Shown in pieces: positions 53,371 to 64,000 of a DNA stretch of 64,000 nucleotides. The stretch is from Azolla caroliniana. Its lineage: Eukaryota; Plantae; Polypodiophyta. Position 1 is the first letter of the stretch. Each line of letters begins with the position of its first letter. The stretch lies in contig JBHGNT010000016.1 in NCBI GenBank assembly GCA_043228905.1, positions 11,284,001 to 11,348,000 of the forward strand. The letters run 5' to 3'. The notes beneath the pieces were generated by a model that ran no database searches, was not told the DNA's origin, and saw only the letters and a list, made by a program, of their open reading frames with translations. Position numbers and translations under genes: made by a program.

Positions 53371-54473
53371 TTGTCTTTCGATTGTACTCGAACTTTAGCT
53401 GAACTGTTAGTGACGTCTGAAATTGAACTATTTGGTATACCAAAATACTGTCTCATTTATTTGAAATAGTTATACCAGTGTCTTTCAATTGTGCTTGAAC
53501 TTTAGCTGAATTGTTAGTGATGTCTGAAATTGAACTATTTGGTATACCAAAATCTAGTAGTTATACCAATGTGAAATTCTATATTGCCAATTGCAGAGAA
53601 TGAAAATGTATTCTATTGTTAACTCTGAAATGTTGTGAAGATCAGATCACTCATCTAGTGTTGTAGTGTAATCTGAATTTCTATATTGCTAATTCTGAAA
53701 TGATCTTTGGTGAGGGAGGTACGAATTTATCACACTCCTAGGTACACTCCCATGCAACCATGATTGTGTTGATTACAAATAAAATTCTATATTGTTAACT
53801 GAGATGTTATATACAATTCGTTATACTAGATGAAGATTTAGAAGATTGGTATATACTGTCATGCAACCGAACTTTACATCAGATGTATGTATCCGTCTAA
53901 CTAAGATACTTTGGGAGACTACTATGTATTCCTTAATACTTGCAATTGACATTGGGAGACTGCTATGTATTACTTAATACTTGCAATTGACATACTTGCA
54001 ATTGACATTAGTACTAAACTAATATGTATATTGATACTTGTGTTAGTACTAATATGTATATTGATGCTTGCGAAGTATGGTCTCCTTAAGTGCACATGGT
54101 AAGAGTTGAATAATGACTTGAGTGCACACAATAGAGACTTGATAGTTGAATAAGTTTGGGCCATATTTAGGCTACTAAGTATTCAAGACTTCACACCTTA
54201 AACCATAGAAACAAGCAACTCTATAATTACCATAAACACTGACAGTACAAAAGTATTGAAGACTTCACACCTTAAACAATGGAAACAAGCAACTCTATAA
54301 TTACCATAAACACTTACAATACAAGCTCAAAAAATAGTCTCAATACATCAAATATATCGATTCATAATACATAATAGAAGAAAGATGAAATATATCAATT
54401 CATTTGTCAATCATCAAAATTAATATATCAATACATCAAATAGTGAACTACAAGTGGATGTTTTTCAGTTTTC

Positions 54474-54839
54474 TGGTACAATGTATTGATAGGGTGACTT
54501 TCAAGCATTAAATAGAGAGACCTCCCCTAATATGTGCTCATGAACCTCTTGGGGGACCTTGTAGACAGTGTTGTATCCCTTAACCTTGTGCTTTGCTTGA
54601 GTCATATTGAATTTGATCGCAAGAATGGCATCAGCGTAGATTATTGCGATCGGTGCTTGGTACAATGTATTGATAGGGTGACTTTCAAGCATTAAATAGA
54701 GAGACCTCCCCTAATATGTGCTCATGAACCTCTTGGGGGACCTTGTAGACAATGTTGTATCCCTTAACCTTGTGCTTTGCTTGAGTCATATTGAATTTGA
54801 TCGCAAGAATGGCATCAACGTAGATTATTGCGATCGGTG
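54474..54839. repeat. 184-bp tandem duplication of the transposase C-terminus and stop
   Basis: 54474-54655 is repeated at 54658-54839 with few differences. Confidence 0.93.
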
Positions 54840-55091
54840 GTTCTTTTAGTAATGCATATGTGTTCTTGCACTGCGGCAACTTTGCATAATAGTTTCCATA
54901 CACGACAGACTCACCAAGGTTGAAATTGTTGCCCCAGCCATCCCTCACCACTTCTTTCAATAATGTATTGCCTTGCTTGCACACCACAATGTAGTAGTCT
55001 TCTAAATCTTCATTCTGAGGAGATTTGAGCACTACAAAATGATCTCCAACTTCCAATAAAACTGCCAAGTCTTGATGTTGGTTGTAGTATA

Positions 55092-58000
55092 TGTAAAGAA
55101 TCAAGAGATGGATTCTTGTGAAGCGGAATACGTGTGAACTGTGTGTGTGTGTATGAGATAGAGAGAGAGAGAGGGAGAGAGAGAGAGACACAGAGTATAC
55201 GCAAGGTTAAGTATGTTAACAAAGGAGGAAGACTCAACATAATACAAGGTGGGAGGAGGGTGCTTTATGTAGTCACCCTCTCTCTTCATTAACTACAAGA
55301 CTCATGGAGCATGGGGAATGTAAAAGCTCATAAGTTATGTGTCATAGAATATGATTCTATGACTCATACTAAATGCTAGAATACAAAGTGGTGACATAAT
55401 GGTGACTCTTGACCGTTGGAGTGTCTCTTCGCTCTCAAGGTGACTTCACACACTAGACCAAGTTGAACTTGATTCTCAACATGCCCCCTCAAGCTCAAGT
55501 CAGGTAGGTTTCAGACGATATCCGAAATCCGCTTCAACTCGCGTTCCGGAGTCCGTGTCGACTCGCTTTGTGCGGAGTTGCGGAATCCGTGCTCTAGCTT
55601 GCGTTGTGTGTAGTTTCGAAGTCTATGCTTCGGCTTGCGTGCGTAGTTGCGAAGTCTGTGCTTCGGCTTGCGTGCGTAGTTGCGAAGTCTGTGCTTCGGC
55701 TTGCGTCTTTCTTCACGGCTTTGCGTGGTAGATCGGCTCTTCGCTGCTTCGTTGCGTGGTTCCGGAATCTACGTGTTATTGCGTAGTGTCTTCAGTACTC
55801 CCCCTCAAGCTTGGCAGGTCAGGGATCGTCAATCCGAGATCGGTCATGAATTTCCATAGCTTGTCGGCTCCTAAGGCTTTAGTTAAGATGTCGGTCGTTT
55901 GAAGATTGGTGCTAATGTGTTGTAGGTCGACATCACCAGCCAGAACGCGCTCTTGGATGAAGTGATAGTGCACTTCGATGTGCTTTGTCCGCGCGTGGAA
56001 CACCGGGTTCCGAGTTAGATAGATATTGCTCATGTTGTCGCAGTAAAGGGAAGTCGGATCCTTGATGGGTACGCCCAGATCCTTCAAAATCCTCTTGAGC
56101 CATACGGCTTCACATGCAGCTATAGTTGCGCCCCTATATTTTGCCGCTGTACTCGAAAGAGCGATGGTAGGCTGCTTCTTGCTACTCCAAGATATTAGAA
56201 CTCGCTTAGCGCAATCCAAGTGAGTATCACGCGGTGTTTGCATGAATTGGCTAAGGAGACCCACCGGATAACTGAGATCGGGTCGAGTGATCATGAGGTA
56301 GATGAGGCTCCCGATGAGTTGCCGATACTGAGTCGGCTCACACGCTTTGGTGCCGGAGTTTGCATCTAGTTTGAGATTATGATCGAGTGGGGTTGCCATG
56401 GATTTGCAGTCAGCCATCCCGAACTTGTATAACAAGTTGAGGATGTAGTGTCATTGAGAGATCATGATTCCCGCCGAAGTCCGAATTACCTCGATGCCGA
56501 GGAAGTAGTGGAGCTCCTTCATGTCCGTCATCTCGAACTTGTCAGAAAGGAGGGATTTGACCTTAGTGATTTCGACGAGATGCTCACCTCCAATGACTAG
56601 GTCATCCACATATAAAATGATGACGATCGGACTTGCGGAATTGCTTTGTATGTAGAGGGAGTTGTCCGATTTTGACATATGGAAGCCGATTTGATGAAGA
56701 TATTGCGTTATCTTCGAATGCCAAGCAAGCGGTGCTTGCTTGAGGCCGTAGAGTGGCTTCTTGAGTCGGCAAACAGCTTTCAGATGGGTGCTCGAGTTGA
56801 AGCCGGGTGGTTGGATCATGTACACCTCCTCTTCTAATTCGCCTTGTAGAAAGGCGTTCTTGACGTCCATTTGATGGAGGTGCCACCCTTTCGCCGCGGC
56901 AATCGCAATTACGGTCCGCACCGTCGTCATCTTTGCCACCGGGGCAAAGGTCTCTTCGTAGTCGATGCCATGCGTTTGAGCGTATTCTTTCGCTACGAGT
57001 TGAGCTTTGTAGTGGTTTACGGAACCATCGGCGTTATACTTCACCTTGTAGATCCATCTGCATCCGATCGCCTTTTTGTGTGGTGAGGTGGGAACAAGAT
57101 CCCACGTCTCGTTCTTCCGTAGTGCCTGCATCTCCTCGTTCATTGCTTCAATCCATCGCGGGTCCTTCGCGGCTTCCGAAAAGGTTTCCGGCTCTCGTAC
57201 TGTCACTACCTTCATCATAAAGGCGTAATGGTACGCCATATAATCGTTGTAGCCGAATCAACTTACAGGGTTCTTTTCACGAGTGGATCGGTGGAGCTTT
57301 TCATTTGCAGAGATAAGGGCTTTCTTAGCTCCAATTGGTACATCAAAGCCGCCGAACTCACTATCGAGTGAGTGGGTCGATTCATCGTCTTCATATTCCG
57401 CCATTTTCGCCTTGCCTTTGTCCATCTTTGGGCTAGGCCATGATGTGCTTTGATCACTCAAAGGCTCTTGTGGTCCGCTCAGTCGGGTCATGATCGGACT
57501 TTCTTCGATCATGTGCATAGGGCGATCTTCATCCTCGATCTCTTGTTCGGCAAATTCCGGGTCGAGCGGAGGCGAAGTTGTCTCTGGTGCATACTAGGAT
57601 GCGGTCTCGTCAAAAACGACGTCTCGACTTACTGGAGATTTTCGAGTTGAGGGGTAGTAGCACTTGTACCCCTTTTGCTCCAATGAGTATCCTACGAGGA
57701 TACATTTCTCCGACTTCGGGTCAAGCTTGTGATGCTTCTCGTCGGGGATGTGCACGTACGCTATCGTGCCGAATATCCGGATGTGCGATAAATCTGGCTT
57801 CCTTCCGAAGTATTTTTCTTGCGGAGTGACCTCATGCACGCCGGATGTTGTGCATCGGTTCATTAGGTAGACGGCCATATTTGCAGCTTCGGCCCAATAT
57901 GACTTGGGCATATGCTTCTCGTTCATCATGGCCCGTGCTACTTCGAGGATGTGCTGATTTTTGCGCTCCGCTACTCCGTTTTGTTGCAGAGTGTGTCGGC

Positions 58001-60505
58001 AAGTGAATTTTCGCCGAAGTCCTTCCTTTCAGAGGTACGCCGTGAAATCGTCCGAGAAGTACTCCTTGCCGCCATCTGATCGAAGGCATCGTACATGTCG
58101 GCCCGTGGCTTTCTCGACTTCATTCTTGAAATTTTGGAAGTGTCCGAACACTTCGCTCTTTTGCCGCATCGGGTAGATCCAAGTGTTCCTAGAGAAGGCG
58201 TCGATGAAGAGCACGTAATATCGGCATCCGCCAAATGTAGTTGTCTGCGCCGGTTCCCATACGTCGGAATGGACTACGTCAAGTAGACCTTTGCTCACGT
58301 TCCGCTCTTTCGGGAATGGGTGTCGGTGTTGCTTGCCGAATTGGCACGCTTCGCATACACCTTCAATCTCCTTCTCTTTGAATGTTGTGAGTCCGATGAC
58401 GAGTCCTTTCGATTTCATTGCTTTGAGTTTGTTGAGATTGATGTGGCCGATTCGCTTGTGCCATAGCTCTATGTCGGAGTCGGCTTTCGTGTTTTTCGCG
58501 AACATGGCGGATTTCATCTCGCGTGAATTGAGAATGAACATCCGTCCCTCTCTTCGTCCGCGTGCGATGAGTCGGCCCTCTTTTTCGATGAAGCAACCAC
58601 CTTGATTAAATCGAACTTGCATCCCTTGCTCTACAATTTGGCTGCCGGAGACCAAATTCTTCATAATGGTCAGTACATGCAAGACATTTTTAATGTAATT
58701 TTGCTTACCTTCTTTTCCGAACGGAACATTGCCAATGTGCCGAATCGGGTGCGTAGTGTCATCTTCGATTTCAACATAGCCGGGGTCGGTCCGGCTCTCG
58801 AAGTTCTCGGAACCATTCTTGATGCGATGTCATATGGTTCGAGGCACCGGAATCGACGAACCATACGTCTTCCGGACTGAAGGCACTAGTTGAGGTAGCG
58901 GCCGACATAGAGTTTGCTCTATGTTTCATCACGAACATTCTGCCACGGTTGGAGTTGTGTGCATACATTCCGCCACGATCTTCGTAGTCGGAGTTGTGCC
59001 CGTACATTTCGTCATGGTCGGAGTTGTGTGCATACATTCCGCCACGATCTTCGTAGTCGGAGTTGTGTGCGTAATTCGTGAGTTGTCGGCTTGTGGAAGC
59101 CGATTCACACATCTTCTTTCGGCACTCTTCTTCGTGGTGGCCGAGCTTTCCACAATATCCGCATTCGGTTGCGTTTTCACGGCTCGGGCCGGAGTGGAAG
59201 CTCCTCCTTCTTGCGAAGGTTCCTCGTTGGCCTCCGTTTTGCTGGCCGAAATTGGGAGTTGTTGTCGTAGGTCGGACCTCGTTCGCCTTGTCCTTGGCCG
59301 AATCGGCCTCTCGCTCGTCCGTGTCCTCTTCCTCCATTAGAGTGCGTGTAGAGCATGTGGCCTTCCGACTCATTTCTCCTTGTACGCACGTGGTTTTCTT
59401 CGACCAATAGCATTGATTGGAGCTCGAAGAAGGAGGGAGATTTCTCCCGTGCTAGAATGGCAGTTCACATCGCGCCAAACCGTGGTGCGAGGCCACCGAC
59501 ACATATTTGCACCATCTCATCATCATCTATACTTACACTTATTGAGCCGAGCGAGTCACAAAGCTCCTTGATCTTCAAGGTGTATGTCGTGATGGACATG
59601 TCCCTTTGTTGAATGTTGTTCAACTCTTGGCGGAGTTGAAGCTTTCTTGCGGTCGTGTTGGCGGCGAAAATCTTTCGTAGATTTTCCCATGCTTCCTTTG
59701 GCGTTTTAGCTTCTTGAATGTAACCGAGCATGTGGTCGTGAACACATGTCGCTAAACAATACATCACGTGGCTTGCGGTCTGCTCTCATGTCGCATATCC
59801 AGGAGCCGCTTCAGCGGGTCGGTCTTCTTGCGTTCCTTTGATGTAGCTCCAATAGCCTTGTCCGACAAGGTATTGGTGCATCTTGTACTCCCAAGATGCG
59901 AAGTTGTTTCAATCCAACTTCTCGATAGGGAGAGCGCTCCCCATTTGAGTATTCATTATGTCGATTCTTCTTCTTCTTCTTCTCTCTTTGAATGCGAGCT
60001 ATGTAGCGAAGCTGTGGTAGCTATGAGCCAGTTCTTGGTCGTCGGCGTAGAGCACAACACACGATCACGATGAGGCGAATGGGCTAGATCGAGCTACCAA
60101 ATCGCTCTGATACCATGTAAAGAATCAAGAGATGGATTCTTATGAAGCGGAATACGTGTGAACTCTGTGTGTGTGTGTGTGAGATAGAGAGAGAGAGGGA
60201 GAGAGAGAGAGATACAGAGTATACGGAAGGTTAAGTATGTTAACAAAGGAGGAAGACTCAACATAACACAAGGTGGGAGGAGGGTGCTTTATGTAGTCAC
60301 CCTCTCGCTTTATTATCTACAAGACTCATGGAGCATGGGGAATGTGAAAGCTCATAAGTTATGTGTCATAGAATATGATTCTATGAATCATACTAAATGC
60401 TAGAATACAAAGTGGTGACATAATGGTGACTCTTGACCGTTGGAGTGTCTCTTCACTCTCAAGGTGACTTCACACACTAGACCAAGTTGAGCTTGATTCT
60501 CAACA
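55092..60505 (-). mobile_element. Full-length degenerate Ty1/copia element
   Basis: 390-bp LTRs 55092-55481 and 60116-60505. TSD GTATA. PBS-iMet 60103-60115. PPT 55482-55494. gag, CCHC, PR (WFVDSGAS), INT, RT (YVDD) and RH fragments. Confidence 0.96.
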
Positions 60506-61017
60506 GTATACAATATCGTTTGAATGCGTATCCTCTCCAATATCATCTTGTCGTTCAGGCTCAAGCTTCTGCAGCTTCCAGGGCTCGACGATTGATAGGT
60601 TGATGCATTTATCCCAAGCTTCATCTATACACATGGAACAAAAGCATGATAAAGTATGGAGTAACAATTGTGTTGTGTCCTTGCGGCTAAACCCTAATAC
60701 ACAATGGGTGTTGCGTGTGCCTTTCACGGTTTTACAACTATGATTTAGTTCTATCAACCTCATCAGCGCGAAATTCAACAAACAATTTGTTCTTACCATC
60801 ATTTGGCATCTTTCATGTTAGCCACTGGACAACATCATGTGCATTTTGTAACTTAGCACCATTATTATCCAACTGCTCACTTGTAAGGGCACGTTTGATC
60901 ATAGCCCCCGCGCCATCATGCTCTCCTTTTCCATGTCCAGACCCGAAGTAGTTCCATTGCATACGAATGTTGAATAAGGAGAAATACCTGCTTTTGTATC
61001 TCAGGTGTCCAACAAAA

Positions 61018-61520
61018 TTAGTACTATGTTGTCAATCGAGAGTACTACACATCCATTAATACTGATTTAGTACAAATACAAAACAAAGCATAGCACAACG
61101 TATCCATTTAGAACACTCTACACTTATTAAAAGATAAATAGTACTATGTTGTCAACAATGTGAACTTGGCATTCATTAATACTAATTTAGTATGGATACA
61201 ACACAAAGCATAGTACAATGAATTCATGGAATGCACTCTACATGAATTAACAGATAAATAGTACAAACTCTTCAATATCGAATAGTACTATGTTGTTGAC
61301 GACGAGTACTTTACATTCATTAATACTAATTTAGTACAGATACATTACACAATACAGTATAATGTGTCCACGGATAACACAACCCTCCTTAGAAGATAAT
61401 TAGTACTACAACACATGTACTTTACATCCCCCAATAAACACTGATTTAGTATAGATACAACACATAGTACAGTACAGTGTGTTCATGGAGAACACCCAAC
61501 ATGGATTAATAGATAATAAC
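61018..61520. repeat. About four degenerate ~120-bp repeats in a transposase intron
   Basis: Recurring TAGTACTATGTTG...CATTAATACT(G/A)ATTTAGTA...ATACA units. Confidence 0.8.
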
Positions 61521-63251
61521 CCAATGACGGTAAAAGGTTAACCCTAGAGACAATAAATCTACATGGTGAAGCTTAAAACAATGTTGAACAAATAGTGTAT
61601 CATGCTTTTTATCATCTGAAATGTAAAATATTGATTTCTTATGTAACTGACCGTCTTGCCTCCAATAGCAAATATGTACAACTATTGTACAATGATCATT
61701 GTACCAATGCATTGATTAAACCTCATTCTGAATTTTGCCAATAACTTCGGAAGTTATGTGGAATGAACTCCCCAAGTTGTTTCTTAAATTCTGAGACAAG
61801 GGTAGGAGCACATGTCTCCTTATATACTTCCTTGATACGATTAGTTACAAGTCCCTTGCCAATATTTTCAGTCACATACTCTAAATATTTCCATTTCACG
61901 ATATGACTGTTTCCTAAATCAACCTCCTCCCTACAAAATAATGGTAGCGGACAAACCTTACATGTTCTTAATAGACATGTACGACGATGCCACTCACATG
62001 ATGATTCTTTTTCACAAACACAAGACCTCCATAGCTCAGAAACGGATGAATAAGTCATGTTTCATGCATTACACCTATTATCCTCCCCATTTGGTTTACA
62101 AACCTCACAAGTGCAGACACATAATTCCCCGTGTATACCCTTAGAATCAATACAAATTACATTCACTCCTAGCCTTAACAAGTCCATCTTCACGTGGTAC
62201 ACACAACAACATGTAATCCTCTCATTTGATTTTCTAACATAAAATGGTTTCAAACCTTGGAACTTGCGGAATCCAACAGTCAAGCTTGGATGTTGGTCTT
62301 TAAAGTTCATGTACAATTCATCCTACATCAACTAATATATATAGCAAACATTAATATACAGTTGGTCAAAACACAAATTTATGGAATGTGAATTGATATA
62401 AAAAAATGGAATACCTCTGTCATCTCCAAGAAGTGTCTAGGGTGAATCTAGTACTTACCCTAACTTATTCGTTGTCTACACACGTCCTTCTTATTTGGCG
62501 AGACACACGTATTTTTGGCCCAAAATGAATCCACTTTCTCAATAATCTCTTGAGATAAGGCATCACATCATCGTCTACGTCCCAACCCTAGCCACTTGAA
62601 TTGGCTTCAGTGTATATTTCGGCTATGTTTCCTCAAGTTCCTTCTTTGAATACCCAGGGCTAAGGCAACTTTAGTATCACTATATATTTTTTTCTCTCGC
62701 ACCGTTCACAACCATGTGTAGGGCTGCCCTCTTTGCAACAAGTTTGTCTATGCTCTCTACACCTTTCACTAAGTCTAGGGATGACTTCGTAGAAACAATC
62801 TCTTCTGAAACACATTGGTCCCTTAATTTTATTCTCTCCATGTCTTCATTCAAACGTTGATGGTGTAACACTCTACAGATAATATCCCTACGATCCTCTT
62901 CACTAAATCTCTTCGTTATTTCTACCAAATAACGGACTATGTGAAGAACCACTCGTCTCTTGGTCCTTTCAGATATACATGAGTTACTTGACAACTCACT
63001 CTCATTGGGGACCCCCATTTGGTCACTAGATTTATCCAAAAAAAATTAAGTGTCCGGCGAGAGTAGTTAATGTTATATAGACTACACTAAGAAAACACAG
63101 TCAAATGTTTTTAAATGTGGCCTGCAAAGTGAGAAATAATTCGTTTCGAACATTAGAATTACGGATCAAATATGAAAATTGTAAAATCTAAAAATTTAGT
63201 ACTGAAAAATGAAGAAATGAAAAATTTTAGTCTTGAAAATAAAAAAATGGA

Positions 63252-63445
63252 TGGAAGGAACCTCCAATGGTGGCGGGAGCATTGATTCTGTGTGATATGC
63301 CGCCTCGATTTGCTGGAAGGAACCTCCAATGGTGGAGGGCGCCTTGAATCTTTGTGATATGACGCCTTGATTTAGTGGAAGGAACCTCCAATGGTGGAGG
63401 GTGCCTTGAATCTTTGTGATATGCCGCCTGGATTCGGTGGAAGCA
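63252..63445. repeat. 62-bp tandem repeat, 3 copies plus a partial copy
   Basis: TGGAAG starts at 63252, 63314, 63376 and 63438. Confidence 0.93.
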
Positions 63446-64000
63446 TCCTCGCCTCGATGGAAAAAGCCCCAAATCACCACGACATAAACTACAATTGGTG
63501 GAAGTAAGAAAGTTGTTGTCGAAGAAATCACTATTGGTTGTTATAAGAGGCCTCAGAACAGTCTCTGTCCCTCAACCTAAACCCTAACAAAAATAGAAAC
63601 CCTAAAAAAACCAGAAATCCTCAACTCAAAAGCTCCAACCTGACATGGATGTTTGAGATTTGCTCCCTAAACCCTAACAAAACTCTTAGATTGGAGGAAA
63701 AGCAGAAACGTGACATGGATGTCTGGATGTCTAGGATAGAGGAAGAGGAGTATAAGGGGAACCACAAAATACGACGTGAGGGGAAAAAAGCCCCCAAAAT
63801 GGAAAGAACATCTCCTCACGTGTTCCCCCCACTCTTTGTAGTAAATGACACTTGTACTACAGTTACCCCACTCTCCAAAATCGATTTTTTTTTCTCTATA
63901 TTTTTTTTGAATTATTTAGTACTAACAGTATCGAAAGTACTGACAATTTTTGTGGCCAAAAACAATACTTTTTTGGTACACCGTAGCGTGCTTCCACCTG

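Larger units (their letters stand above)
54685..63039 (-). pseudogene. Sola2-like DDE transposase pseudogene, intron-containing, interrupted by copia
   Basis: Segments in order: LKPFYV..RITCCCVYH, Cys-rich block, IQNEV*SMHW..YISDDKKHD, WNYFGSGHGKGEHDGAG, VKGTRNTH..LSCFCSMC. The frame rejoins across the copia TSD (NDIVY|YNQHQDLA). Confidence 0.8.
47526..63999 (-). mobile_element. Large TIR DNA transposon, Sola2-like (about 11 kb without the nested copia)
   Basis: TIRs 47526-47552 and 63973-63999 match at 24/27 nt, with an imperfect extension TTTTGGCCA..AAAAATT. GGG left terminus. Internal transposase with WNYFGSGHGKGEHDGAGAMIKR. Only one base of the right flank is visible (G, compatible with left flank GGTA). 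Confidence 0.8.

Overview
Eukaryotic, repeat-dense plant DNA, most likely from a moss such as Physcomitrium (inferred from the element lineages, not verified). Most of the window is nested LTR retrotransposons: (i) a tRNA-Trp-primed non-chromovirus Ty3/gypsy group (Phygy-like) with 4-bp target duplications, (ii) two Tcn1-like chromoviruses with a self-priming PBS, and (iii) several tRNA-iMet-primed Ty1/copia elements, plus an L1 fragment. The only clear host gene is a 3-exon, 79-aa CYSTM gene (13600-14190, minus strand) that the ORF track misses. The last 16.5 kb (47526-63999) is one large TIR DNA transposon. It has a decayed Sola2-like transposase, a convergent accessory gene (unknown domain, coiled coil, RING-H2) and intronic tandem arrays rich in TAGTACTA. 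The best leads are: a CG-centred target-site preference of the Phygy-like group, tRNA-like Pol III A/B-box cassettes in the LTRs of two unrelated gypsy lineages, and the Sola2-like element with RING cargo and motif arrays. All comparisons were made by eye, and no database searches were run.
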